From the NCBI GenBank assembly GCA_038087875.1, contig CM075978.1, forward strand, positions 178,064,001 to 178,128,000: 64,000 nt of DNA, in the 5' to 3' direction. The translations under genes were made by a program, and so were the position numbers. Positions 38,996-51,977 of the stretch are shown here, in pieces (positions within the stretch are counted from its first letter, which is position 1; each line of letters begins with the position of its first letter). The stretch is from Malacoraja senta. Its lineage: Eukaryota. The notes below the pieces were generated by a model that was not told the DNA's origin, searched no databases, and saw nothing but the letters and a program-made list of their open reading frames with translations.

Positions 38996-40430
38996 AGATC
39001 CAAAGATGTGGCTTTAACCGTGTTCCTAACTCCCTTCCTGCCGCCTTCCTCCTCCCCTTCCTCAGCCTCCGCACTGAGCAACTCCTCATCCTCATTGAAA
39101 CATTTTTAAAAAGCTACAGCTGAAGGAATTTTGAAATAAAAGCAGAAAGTGCTGAAGGTTTTCAGCAGATCTGGCAGCATCTGTGGAAAGAGAAATGGAG
39201 ATAACATTTCAGGTTAAAACCCCCACAGAACCAAGTGGTGCTACAACTCAGTGACTTGATATTACAGGTCACTAGTTGTGTACTAGAAGTTTCATCTCTG
39301 ACCAGCATAAACCTGGTGCTTATTACCTTTGTCCATCTCCCAATTAGACAAGGAACATATTGCACTAATTTAGATACAGATACATAGACAATAGGTGCAG
39401 GAGTGGGCCATTCGGCTCTTCGAGCCAGCACCGCCATTCAATGTAATCATGGCTGATCATCCACAATCAGTACCCCGTTCCTGCCTTCTCCCCATATCCC
39501 TTGATTCCGCTATCTTTAAAAGCTCTAACTCTCTTTTGAATGCATCCAGTGAATCGGCCTCCACTGCCTTCTGAGGCAGAGAATTCCACAAATTCACATC
39601 TCTCTATGTGAAAAGGGTTTTCCTCATCTCAGTTCTAAATGGCCTGCCCCTTATTCTTAAACTGTGGCCCCTGGATCTGGAATCCCCCAACATCGGGACA
39701 TGTTTCCAGGGCTGTCAACTTTGGGTGAGAGTTGAAAGTGAGAAATTGTGAGGGAGCGTATTGACCAAGGGGGGGAGGGGGGTGTCCCCCTCCCACGGTA
39801 GGGAGCTTCTCCATTTTTCAGCTTGAAATTGTGCAATCTGGTGCATACTGTAGCGAGTCTTTTAATTTAAACTTGAATGCAGCATTTATGCTTCAAATTG
39901 GATTAGGTATGAATAAGGTTAGGCTAAATTACATTCCTAATTTTATTCCACAGTAGAGCCAGGCTCTGATCAACAGGTGCAGCACATGAATGACCTTAGT
40001 ATGTTCATGTATGGAAATCAGATTATAATTCATGATGTTATGCATATATATAGAGAAACAAAAACATAGAAACAAGGCAAGAGGAGTCAGACTTCCATCA
40101 CTGTTCTGCACAAATAAATTAATCAACCTTACCCTTTGACTATAGAAACAAGACGAAAATAATGCCACATATTCAACCGTATATGGTTCAATTAAATTAA
40201 GATATATATGTAAAACATATATATGGAAACAGGCCCTTCGGCCCACCAAGTCCACACCGACCAGCAATCTACCATACACCAGTTGTATCCTACACGCCAG
40301 GGACAATTTACAGAAGCCAATTAACCTACAAACCTGCACTTCTTTCGGATGTGGGGGAAACCAGAATATCCAGAGGAAACTATGTGGTCATAAGGAGAAT
40401 GTACAAATACTGTACAGACAGCACCCTTAA

Positions 40431-42246
40431 AGGTCTGTCTCACTGTGCGAGTTGACCCACGAGTGACCCCGAGTGAAAGACTCGTGGTTGCGTACGAGAC
40501 TACAAGTTTATGATCCAGAGTTTAACCGAGTTCCCACGGGTATGTCTAAGTTTCCCGTTTACTTCTCATTTCTGCGATGTTCCAAGTTCGTCTCCCGAGT
40601 GTACCAAGTTCCTCTCCCGTTAATCTTGAGGCAACAATGTATATCGAAGTGTTTAAAAATCATCACATGTTAAAAAAATGATGTCATGCCAGCCAAAGAA
40701 CGTAGAGACTATTGTGTTTGCTGCATGTGTTCTGCACAACCTGATCCGTATCAGAGGTGCAGCTTCAGGATCAGCAACAGCCATGCAGGACGGTGACTTA
40801 GTGGACAGTCAAACAGGGAGAATAACACTAGGTGCGTGGAGGAGTGGTACAAACGACGAGACTTTGGTGCCACTGCAGTGTTTTCGAGGTAACACGGGGA
40901 CCAACAGTGCAAAAGAGCAGAGAGACCATCTCTGCTCCTACTATAATTCAGAATTGGGCAGTGTGCCGTGGCAGGACAGCTTATTTTGAGCGGCTGCCGA
41001 CCACAGGTACATCACTGCATGAGGAGAGCCCACATGCAGAAAAATCCAGTTAATTTCATGTTTAGTTTAAATCCTGCTGACTTTTCATTGTTTAACTTTA
41101 AGTGTGGATTTTATTTTTTATTGTGGTGTAAAAGTAATTTCATTGCATCTGTCTTTCCTTTAAAACGTGGTTATCATGCATCTGCTTATCTGATTGTAGA
41201 TCTCAAAACTTGTCATTTAGCGCATTGCATTGTATCTTTTATTGCCTGAATTTAGACTAGTGCATTTCTCAGCTGAATTAGTATATAGTGGAAATACTTT
41301 TATTTGTGCTTCATTTGTTGATTTTCATGTATGAGAAGCCCTTTTCAGACCACTGTGTTGTTTGCTGTGGTGCTACTTTTCTCAATATGCGCAAAAAAGC
41401 GTTTTTTATATTGAACAAGAATAAAGACTTTGTTTCACATTCAAGACATTTGTTTCACATAAGACTTTGTCTTATTTTCTGATCTACTGAGAGGTGACAA
41501 TTTTAAACATTTAAAAAGCACAGCATATGAGGCAGCTGAGTCCTTAAATCTCACAAATGATTGTGAGAATCAAGATGTGAATATATTTTGCCTTCCTCTA
41601 TTTTGTGTTTTATGATGAAAGGAATATTACATTCAAGTCATGAGACTTTGTAGTGATATTAAAATGAAGACTTCCAGACATCAATTTGATCTTGATAGCA
41701 AAGAACTCTCTTTTATTGTGCAATGAAGTAAACAAACAGTGAGAATCAAACGGCTCAGCAAAAAGCTTTTCAACACAACACAACACAACACAAATTTATA
41801 TATAAACTTCAAGCAATTTTTTCTTTTCAACCCACTCTGTCACCTTATCAATAACTTGCTTAACTTTGTTAAGCAGAATTTGTCTTTAAAAAGTCTAAGT
41901 AACTGATATTTCTGTCCCTGATTATTGTTTCTAAAAAGAGTTCCCACGGTAGAATCACGAGTCACAAAGTTAAACGCACGGGCCACTACGTTCTTACAAC
42001 GAGTTTAAATGTTTCAATTTTTAACCACAAGAGTACATTTTACTCGTGGAAAAGTTCAAACATGTTTGAACTTTTGCAAGAGTTATAACAAGTTTCACGT
42101 GTACCTCCCGTTAACGCCAAGAGTCGCTAAGTTGCGTCCACGAGTTCCGACGTTCCCGCTACGTTAATTGTACGTGATTACCACGAGTTAAATTTGTTTT
42201 AAACTCGGGGTCACTCGTGGGTCAACTCGCACAGTGAGACAGCCCT
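40431..42246 (+). mobile_element. Internally deleted PIF/Harbinger transposon
   Basis: About 43-bp near-perfect TIRs (aggtctgtctcactgtgcgagttgacccacgagtgaccccgagt); TTAA on both flanks; cacgagt subterminal motifs. Confidence 0.92.
40678..40989 (+). pseudogene. C-terminal fragment of a Harbinger DDE transposase
   Basis: IVFAACVLHNLIR...AKEQRDHLCSYYNSELGSVPWQ is the typical Harbinger nuclease C-terminus; catalytic core absent. Confidence 0.85.
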
Positions 42247-42454
42247 TTAAGTCAGGATCCAATCTGGGTCTGTGGTGCTGCAAGGCAGCAGCTCTACTGC
42301 TGCGCCACTGCGCCACCCCATTAAATTATTTTTTCTGTAACATATTTATTGTGGTGTCACGTCAATAAAGATGAACACATGATTCTGATTTCTGCCCTTA
42401 GTTGGATAACACACATCTCCTGTCATTGTGTTTTATGGCTAGTTTTCAACCTCT

Positions 42455-42585
42455 TCAGTCTGAAGGTCTCGACCCGAAACATCACCTATTCTTTCTCTCC
42501 AGAGATGCTGCCTGTCCTGCTGAGTTATTCCAGCTATTCGTGTCTATCTTCAGTTTAAACCACCATCTGCAGTTCCTTCCTACAC
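42455..42585 (+). mobile_element. Penelope terminal-repeat arm, hammerhead core partly deleted
   Basis: cagtctgaaggtctcgacccgaaacatcacc...ctgcagttccttcctacac. Confidence 0.82.
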
Positions 42586-44371
42586 TCTTTGTTAAGCGAA
42601 ACAGGTCCTATTCTCATAACATTATTCACCTCAACTAAGTATTTTCTTCACCTCCGTTGCTGCAGAGAATACAATCCCAGTTATCAAATCTTTCTTCAAA
42701 GTGAAAAAAAAATCCCAACCCTGCCAATATGTTCATAAATCGCCCCTGGATCCTCTCCAGAGCAATTGCACCCTTTCTACAATGTGTCATAGTCTTACAG
42801 CATGGAAACTGGCCCTTCATCCCAACTTGTCCATGCAGATCAAGATGCCCCATCTAAACTAGCCCCATTTATCCGCATTTGGCCCATATCCCTTTGTGCG
42901 TGCCAGTGTGTGTGTAAGGGTGTGTGCTAGGTTGTGTGTGAGAGTGTGTGTGAGAGTGTGTGTCAGTGAAGCGGCGACAACACCCGGAGTGAGCAGAGAC
43001 TTGGTGATGTCCGGGGGAGCGTTTCCCTGCACCCCCTCCCCGGGAATGCGGGCCGGCTCAGGTGCTCTGTGTCCAGCTGGGGTCTGGGGGAGGTGAGGGC
43101 CAGTGACCTGGGAGTCGGGCATCGGAGCGGAGCTATAGCCTGAGATTCATCCCCGCGGCACCGGAGGCGGCACCGACGCCCCCACTCACGCGGTCCGCTC
43201 CTGGCTCCGGGCTGGGGTTAAAACTCCATGCGGTGTGGACAGAGCGGCCGACGGACACAGAGCTGCCAGAGGTGATGGTGGGAGGTGTGAGCGGTGCCTC
43301 AGTGGGGGAGGGGAGGGGGGGGGGATTCGGTGCTGGGACCACCGCCATGTCTCACTGAGACGTAGATGCTACCTCACCCGCTGAGTTTCTCCAGCATTTT
43401 TGTCTACATTGCCATTTTAAATAGTGTGTGATGGGCGTGAGCCATTGCTCGTTTTTTACGGGAAACCCGCCGACAGAAAACTATTCTCATTGGTGAATGT
43501 GGAGGAATGTGACTTTATTTATTTATTCATACATGGTTTTAAAAATATTTTTTTGAGCATGAGAACTTCTGTCATCAGCGTGAGAGCGTGAGAATTTTGT
43601 CAAATGCGTGAGTCTCACACTCAATTCGTGAGAGTTGGCAGCCCTGTGTTTCCTGCATCTAGCGTGTCAAATCCCTTAATGATTTTATATGTCTCTATAA
43701 GATCCCCTCTTATCCTTCTAAATTCCAGTGAATACAAGCCCAGCCACTCCATTCTTTCATAAAATGACAGTCCCGCCATCCTGGGAATTAACCTCGTGAA
43801 CCTACGCTGCACTCCCTCAATAGCAAGGATGTCCTTACTCAAATTAGGAGACCAAAACTGCACACAATACTCCAGGTGTGGTCTCACCAGAGTCCTGAAC
43901 AACTGCAGAACTCTTTGCTGCTATACTCAATTCCTCTCGTTATGAAGGCCAGCATGCCATTAGCTTTCTTCACTGCCTGCTGTACCTGCATGCTTACTTT
44001 CAGTGACTGATGTACAAGGACCCCCAGATCTTGTTACACCTCCCCTTTTCCTAACCTGACACCATTCAGATAATAAACTGCCTTCCTGTTTTTGCCACCA
44101 AAGTGGATAACGTCACAATGATCCACATTATACTGCATCTGCCATGCATCTGCTCACTCACCCAACTTGTCCAAGTCACCCTGCATCCTCATAGCATCCT
44201 CTTCACAGTTCACACTGCCTGCCAGCTTTGTGTCATCTGCAAATTTGCTAATGTTACTTTTAATTCTTTCATCTAAATCATTAATGTATAGTGTAAATAG
44301 CTGCGGTCCCAGCTCCGAGCCTTGCGACACCCCACTAGTCACTGCCTGCCATTCTGAAAGGGACCCGTTAA

Positions 44372-44801
44372 TGATCCATTTCTGATCTTCTCCTACATTA
44401 TGAACCATCCAGACCTGAGGTGGTCTGGGACCGGTCTGCTTTCTGTCCCCAGAGTTAGAACTAAACATGAAGAAGCAGACTTTAGTTTTTATGCACCACA
44501 TATATGGAACAAACTGCCAGAAAAATGCAGGTCCGCTCCAACTCTCAGTTCTTTTAAATCGGGGATGAAGACTTTTCTGTTTGACGCTGCTTTTAATTAA
44601 ATTAAATAATTATTCATTCTTACACTGCGCTGTAACTTTTATTCTTGTATTTTATACTTGTCTTATTTTAGCTTGTTTTTATTTTCTATTCTTTTTAATG
44701 ACTGTTTTTAATTGCTTTGATTGCTTTTTAATGCTTTGTGTAAAACACTTTGAATTGCCTTGTTGCTGAAATGTGCTATATAAATAAACTTGCTTGCTTG
44801 C
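44372..44801 (+). mobile_element. L2-clade LINE 3' end of teleost-like type
   Basis: SGTGLLSVPRVRTKHEEADFSFYAPHIWNKLP...FKSGMKTFLF; tail tgtgctatataaataaac(ttgc)n. Confidence 0.85.
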
Positions 44802-45539
44802 TACTCTTTGTTTCCTGTCTGCCAACCAATTTTCTATCCATGTCAATACCCTACCCCCAATGCCATGTGCTCTAATTTTGTCCACTAATCTCCTGTGTGG
44901 GGCCTTATCAAAGGCTTTCTGAAAGTCCAGAATTTGTTGTGCTTATATCTATTTGAAACGTCTTTAACCTGAAACATTGAATCTGTTTCTCTTTTCACTA
45001 ATGCTGCTTGATCCGCAAAGCAGTTTCTACTTTTATTCCTCATCTTGTTTGATTTCAGTTTGCTGAGCTCCCTTGCAATGGGACCATCCCTGCCTCAGCA
45101 CTGCTTTCTATAGTCTCGCCTAAGGATCCATCTACATAATGACTGCCAAGGTTTTTACCAGCAATGCCACCACATCCATGTCGAGGACTTGCACCTCCAC
45201 CTCATTAGGAGCTTTTTGAATAGCAGCAGATTGGATCTGTACACTTTAACATTGACGTGTAATAGGGGGTGTATCGAATAAAATATGACATCAAAGCACA
45301 GAAGAATTTTTAAAAATAAAAGCTTGGTTAAAAACATAATTTTTAAAGAGTAACCTAAAGGAGACATGAAATAGATGCAGACAATGCTGGAAACCCTCAG
45401 CAGGTCAGGCAGCATCTGTGGAGTGAGAAACAGAGTTAACTATTTCAGGGCATTGACCCTTCTCCACGTATATTTCTAGTTCTGGTGAAGGGTTATTGAC
45501 CCTATCTATTGACTGTTCTCTCTATTGACAATCTATACA

Positions 45540-45840
45540 TAGTGTGGCACAGTGGCGCAGCGGTAGAGTTACTGCCTTACACCAACAGAGACCCACTTTC
45601 GATCCTGACTACGTGCGCTGTCTGGACAGAGTCTGTACGTTCTTCCTGTGACCACGTGGGTTATCTCTGTGAACGGTTTCCTCCCACATCCCAAAGAAGT
45701 GCAGGTTTGTAGGTTAATTGGCTTTGATAAAATTGTAAATTCTTCCCAGTGTGTTGGATAGTGCTAGTGTATGGGGTGATTGCTGGTCGGCACGGACTCG
45801 GTGGGCCGAAGGGCCTGTGTCCACGCTGTATATCTAATGT
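45540..45840 (+). mobile_element. HE1/V-SINE inside a Penelope-type inverted-repeat unit (about 45375-45950)
   Basis: A-box tggcgcagcgg, V-domain; flanks carry complementary arms cagcaggtcaggca / tgcctgacctgctg. Confidence 0.85.
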
Positions 45841-46529
45841 CTAATGCCTGACCTGCTGAGTGTTCCCAGCATTCTTGGGAGGGCATTCTTAACTAATGCC
45901 TGACCTGCTGAGTGTTCCCAGCATTCTTGGACATTATTTCAGGTTTCCAGAATCCACGGTTTGGGTAATGAGGAGAGGAGGCAGGAGAGGGATCTGGCTG
46001 GCCAATATTAAGGTGAATGTCACTGATGCTTAAGAGACATCCGGGGATTCCCGAGGGATCAAGCTGGAACAGATAACAGAAATGGGGTCACGGTGGATTT
46101 GAGGAATTGAAAATCTGGGGATTGTCAATGAAGGGTTGTCAGAACAGAAGGGAGGAGTGAATTCAACGGAACTAACCATGAAATGAGCTAGGATGAAATG
46201 ATTTAGTCTGAGTTAATAATTAATGCAACATATGGCTTATTAAAAAGCTTCACCTAGAAGCTTAAAGGGAGAGAACCCTCCAACATGGTAAATCTCTGCA
46301 ACCATATAGTGGCAAATATACTCTCTGCACAGTTCTGGTCTCCTATTACAATAAATAACCAAATATGATTAGCAAGATTAAAAGAGGTGATATAATGATC
46401 AGGAGAGACTATTACAGGGTCAGGCTACATTCCCTCAGAGGGAAGAGACTGAGGAGTGATTTTTGCAGCAGTGATAAAAATTATGAGGCAGTTTGCAAGG
46501 GTGATTGATTGATTGATTGACTGATTGAT

Positions 46530-47330
46530 TTAAAGATACACCATGGAAACAGGCTGTTTGGCCCACCGAGTCCACACCGACCATTGATCACCGGTTCACA
46601 CAGTTGATCACCGGTTATCCTACTTTTGCATCCGCTCACTACATGCTATGGGAAATTTTATGGAAGCCAATTGACCTACACACCTTTGTGATGTGGTAGG
46701 AAACCCGAGCACCCTTTCGTTATAATGGAAGCTGAAAATAATGCAGAGATTTATGAGGATGTTGCCAGGACTTGAGGGCCTGAGATATGGGAAGAGGTTG
46801 GGCAGGCGAGGACTTTATTCCTTGGAGCACAGGAGGCCGAGGGATGATCTTAAAGAGGTGTATAAAATCATGACGCGAATAGACACGGTGAATGCACAGT
46901 CTTTTACCCAGGGTAGGGGATTCAAGAACTAGATGACAAAAGTTTAATGTGCGAGGAGAAGATTTATGAGGAATTTGAGGGGTAACCTTTTCACATAGAG
47001 AGTGGTGGGTATATGGAACGAGCTGCCAGAGGTGGTAGTTGAGGCAGGTACTATTACAACATTTGAAAAACATTTGGACATGTTTACATGGATAGAATAG
47101 GCTTGGAGGAATATTGGAGAAACGTGAGCAGGTGGGACTAGCGTAGGTGGGGCATCTTGGTCGGCAGGGGTAGGTTGAGCCAAAGTGCCTGTTTCTCTGC
47201 TGTATTACTTTACGATGACCTGGAGGAAACCCACGCAGTCACAGGTATAATGTGTAAACTTCTTACTGACAGTACCCAAGGTCAGGATTGAACCCGGGTC
47301 TCGACCAGCTGCGCCACTGTGCTGCCCACA
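46530..47330. mobile_element. HE1 SINE (-) split by a CR1 3' fragment (+, 46720-47215)
   Basis: QRFMRMLPGLEGLRY; SINE resumes at ggaggaaacccacgcagtcacagg. Confidence 0.85.
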
Positions 47331-48264
47331 GGATGTCTTTCCAAAATTGTGAGGAGCCCAGAGTTAAAATAAATAAGGAAGCCTAGAACTAGAAGACATT
47401 TGGGGAAAATTTAAAGGAGACCTGAGAGGTACGTTTTTCACACAAAGAGGGCGGTGGGTCAGTAGAACGAGGTGCTAGAGGAAGTGGGTGTGCCCAATTA
47501 CAATGTTTAGAAGGAATTTGGCAGGTACATGGATAAGAAAAGAGTAGGGCAGCATGGGCCTAATGCCTAATGCAGGCTCTTGGGCATCGCAGTCGGCATG
47601 GGCGCAGTGGGCTGAAGGGATGTATAACTCTGACGCTATAAACAAGAATATTGGAGAAGGAGTAGGCCATTTAGCCCCTCTGGCCTGCATTGCCATTCAA
47701 TATGACCATGGCTGATATATGCTGGGCTTAACTCTGTTGTGTGACAGTTCCCCATGATCCCCAATTCCTCAACGTTTAACTATCGGCTCCTTAAATATAA
47801 TAATCTAGACTGACTGTAGGTGTCAAGAGGACCAGAACATGGGACCTCTGGTCTTGAAAGGCGCTGACTTCGACAAAAAGGAGTGGGTCAGATACCACAA
47901 CAACTCTCCCAGTTGTGTGCTGAAACACCAGGCTTGATGGAGTCTTGTGAAGCTGTCACTTCAAACAGCTCCCTTCCCACATCAAAGAAGGGATGGATAA
48001 TAACCTGAAACCTTCTGCTGTTCTGCATTTCACGTTACATTATGATCACAGCTAGGACCAAAGAGCTGTAAGACAATTTCTCTTTGAGATTCATGAGACT
48101 CTCCTTGGCTCAGGACAACACAAAATTATGAAATGGTGTGTGCTTGCCAGGACTGAGTACAAATCAGATCTATTGCTGAAGACTTAACTGCCAGAGGAGT
48201 GTTGAATCCTTGTCCCTCACAATCTTCCAAATTCTGGTTTGGTGCAGTGGTGCAGCTGGTGAAG

Positions 48265-48398
48265 TGTCTGAAGAAGGGTCTCGACCCGAAACTTTACCCA
48301 TTCCTTCTCTACAGAAATTCTGCCTGTCCCGCTGAGTTACTCCAGCATTTTGTGTCTATCTTCGGTTTAAACCAGTATCTGCAGTTCCTTCCGACACA
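48265..48398 (+). mobile_element. Penelope terminal-repeat arm with hammerhead motif (helix III mutated)
   Basis: gtCTGAAGAagggtctcgacccGAAActttacc...ctgcagttccttcc. Confidence 0.85.
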
Positions 48399-48571
48399 TT
48401 ATTGTTGCACTTGCTACTTTCTCAATCAGCAACATCCCTTCCTTGTTGCCATTGTTGCATTCCATAGGCTTTAGTTTTGATTGCAGTTTAATAGCAAGGA
48501 GAGAGCTGTTAAACCAACATCCTCATTGCCAATGTAGCATCCGGATGCTTTATTTGATTGCTGTTTAGTAA

Positions 48572-49234
48572 AGGGCCTGTCCCACAGGCGATTTTTTCGG
48601 TGACTGCCAGCGACTGTCACAGTCGTAGGAGGTCACTGAAAAAGCGGCGACTGGACCCCCCCCCTACGACAATATCTACGACAAGCTATCACCTAGTCGA
48701 CGTCAAGCTACGGCAAGCTACCAACAACTGCCGTCCTAATCGTCGTGACTTAGGACGTCCACCTACGACGACACCTAAGACAACCTACAACCACACAGGC
48801 GATAACCTACGACAACCGAACTCAACCTACGTCCACCCGCGACAAGCAACGACAAGCTACGACCCTGTCGGCGACAACTGAAGACTACTGAAGACTTCTC
48901 TTGACTGTACCTGTCGCCGGTTGACATAGGTAGTCGCCAATGGAATTCACCAAAGTAAGCACCCGGCGACAACCAACGTCACCTGGCGACAACCTGCGTC
49001 ATCCTGGCGACAACCTGCGACAGCACCTACAACAGAAGACAAGCTACGTCAATCCCACAGTCGCCGAAATATTTTGAACATTTCAAAATCCAGTGGCGAC
49101 CAGCAAAACGTTACGACTCTTTAAGTAACTTGAGGAGACTACTCACAGCCATACAGGCGTCACCCCGCGACCATGTGAAAACAGCCAAGTTGCCTGTAGT
49201 TGTCAAAAAAAAATGCTTGAGTGGGACAGGGGCG
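48572..49234. mobile_element. PIF/Harbinger MITE, TAA TSD
   Basis: taa|agggcctgtcccac ... gtgggacaggggcg|taa; many internal cgacaa(c/g)cta motifs. Confidence 0.85.
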
Positions 49235-50324
49235 TAACCAGGAGAATTATTAAAACTAACGTTTTTTGCTGAAAGCCAGAACATTCTACCAACAGCAGTG
49301 GCTAATACAATGTTGCATCACACATAGTTCTTAAAGGTACATATACACACACTGGATATAATTAGCCATGTTTGATACTCAGATTATTGTGTGGGGTTCA
49401 GGTAAGGATAGAATTGCTAACAAACTAAACATCCTGCATAGTTTAATTAGAAAGAGTACAGGATGGAGAAACACATGAACACTGCGAGTAAAAAGGAATA
49501 AAGTATGATCCAAGATAAGTTCCAGAGTCTCGAGAAATGCTAAATCAAGAGGGACCTTGTAGATTAATCCTAAACATTAATGCTTGAAGTAAACGTTATT
49601 CCAGATGACTGCTTCAAAGAGCAGGAGATACACATAGACATTCAGTAGAATAAAATTGAGCAACTTGGAATGACGTTGACAAAAATCTACCCGGTGTCTC
49701 ATGATAAATGTTTGGAACACTTTACTTAGCAAAGAACAGAAAGAAAACTCAGATAATTGAAACGTGAGCTTGGATGGTGAGTCCGGGTCGGCTGTTTGGT
49801 TTCTGAATGTAATCTCTGGGAGAATCTAAAAGCAGAGGGTAAGGCATTTTGGATAGATGCCCTTACCGCAGAACAGAAATCACATTATCTCTGAAAGACA
49901 ATTAACTAGCAATGGTGATTCTATTTTCCTCACCACAGATGTTGCCTGACCCCATGGATTAGCATTTCTAGCATTCCCTGTTTTTAGTTCAGGTTTCCAG
50001 CATCCTCCATACTGTGCTGTTGGAACCACTTCTGTCCTCCTGCAATGTCCACAGGGCAACATTAGTCTCATTGGGTATTAATTGATTGCAGAAATGCTGG
50101 CCTATATTTCTTCTCCCTACTCATGGCACTGAGGTCAATAACTCAATATCAACCTGATTCTACAATTGGCCAACCGTATTGACTGGAGTCCTTCCTAACC
50201 AATAGAATTTATTTTTAAGTCACAGGAAGACATTTGAAATAGAGGTAAGAGTAGGTCCTTCAACCAGGCAAGCCCACGTCATTATTTACTGCTCCACTCT
50301 CCTATCTCCATCAATGCCCAAGAC

Positions 50325-50780
50325 CAAAGATGGCTGCAGAAAGCGGTGGATATTGCCTGGACCATCATGGGTGTTGACCTCCCACCATCAAAGGGATCTA
50401 CAGAGAAGCCTCAAGAATGCAGGAATTATCGTCAAAGACCCACCCCACCCTAGCCATGCTTTCATCTTGCTGCGACAGGAGTCTGAGACCAGTTGCCTCC
50501 AGGTTCAAGAACAGCTTCTTCTCATTAACTATCGGGCTCTTCAACCACACTGCACGACCCTAATCACAACCCCGAACCTCAGCAACAAACTACTATCTGC
50601 TTTTATAGGTTGCACTACATACTTTGACTTGCACTAACATGGCATGGTTCCTCATATAAATGATACTTTATTGCATATTTATTTGATGAATTAATGTGCC
50701 TGTCAATCTGCCGAAAGTAAGAATTTCATTGTTCCAGTCCTGGTGCTTGTAACAATTAAACACTCCTGCCTCTTGACTCT
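50325..50780 (+). mobile_element. Rex1/Babar LINE 3' fragment
   Basis: IIVKDPPHPSHAF...RFKNSFF-like C-terminus and short-repeat tail. Confidence 0.75.
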
Positions 50781-51209
50781 TAATTGTCATTAGTATAAAG
50801 CACTAAACATTGTATTATTAATATTATTAATATATTGAAAAACTTTTAAAATTATGGAGAATATTTGTATAATGTTGGATTTCTCTAAATCAGGTCTTCG
50901 TTAGCTCAGGGAGCCCCTGCCACTGAGAAAAAATGAATTAATTATGATATTGTAAACAAAATTAAAACAATGATGACACTTACACTGATGAAGTACTTTT
51001 GAATTAATCAATAATTTTAAATATGCAGATCAGATGAAAAGCTCCTCTCTCTAGGGTTCTTCCTCGAATGTGGTAGTAAATTAAGTTTAACCAGCTCAGG
51101 ATGGGAGAGCAGATGTCTCAGTTTCACTGCTGGGAATTCATCAGGAACCCAGCGTTGAAGTGATCACTTAGAAAACGTGGGTCTCCTGTGTCCGAGCAAA
51201 TGATCCTGA

Positions 51210-51690
51210 GGTGATTGGGATGCTCCACTTAGGGCACAGCCCTCCCCTATATCGGAAGCATCTATATGAGGCACAGCTTCAAGGAGGCGACATCTATCAT
51301 CAATGATCCTCGCCATTCGGGCCACTCCTTCTTCACATTCTACAGTCGAACAAGAGGTACAGAATACTAGAGCTCCACATCACCAGCTTCAAGAACAGCT
51401 ACTTTCCTACATCCATCGGGTCTTGAATCGACCCACACAACCCTAATACAATACTGCCTTGGCAAAGGAACACTAAGGTCCAACACTTGGACTACCATGG
51501 ACTTGTTTTCTCATGGTGATTTATACTAATGTCCTTTTTTGTACTGTCTTTTTCTTTTACTGTCCGGTAGAATTAGTGTAATTTACATATAATTTATGTT
51601 TTTGTGTGCTGTTTGAGTCCACGTGCCTGGGATATTGCACCACAATTGTGTATCTAACAATGAACACAACTTGACTTGACCTGACTTGGT
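51210..51690 (+). mobile_element. Rex1/Babar LINE 3' fragment
   Basis: SIINDPRHSGHSFF...FKNSYFP; tail (cttga)n. Confidence 0.75.
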
Positions 51691-51977
51691 CAATTTGAAC
51701 TAGCTGGAGAGAAGGTGTGTAGCATTGTTCAAGATGGTGGAGGTTTGGGAAGTCTTGTGGAAGATGTTTGCATGTTGTGATTCTCTCTACTTGCATGCAA
51801 GAACACACATATAGATGCATGTACAAACACATATTCACAAACATACAAGTACATTCATATAACCATGCACACATACATGCATGAATACACACGTGCATGC
51901 AAGGATGTATGTTTGCATACACATTCGTATAGGTAAATATGCATCCCTACACAGATTCAGACACAAGCAAACAAGAG

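Larger units (their letters stand above)
40225..42320 (-). mobile_element. HE1/V-SINE split by Harbinger (40225-40430 and 42247-42320)
   Basis: cagacagcaccc|ttaa ... ttaa|gtcaggatc rejoins the SINE consensus. Confidence 0.88.
39707..43646. mobile_element. hAT-like non-autonomous element with nested cargo, 6-bp TSD
   Basis: TIR cagggctgtcaact / rc cagggctgccaact; gtgaga subterminal motifs; tgtttc at 39701-39706 and 43647-43652. Confidence 0.85.
39385..44930 (-). mobile_element. CR1 RT/3' region (39385-39706, 43647-44371, about 44802-44930) split by hAT-like and L2 insertions
   Basis: LVRPHLEYCVQFWSP, SKFADDTKL, KIRAHGIGG; collinear across both insertions. Confidence 0.92.

Noticed and set aside
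48660-49050. Repeated cgacaaccta motifs suggestive of a CRISPR-like array
   Set aside because: Irregular spacing, no unique spacers, enclosed by Harbinger TIRs and a TAA TSD in a vertebrate context.
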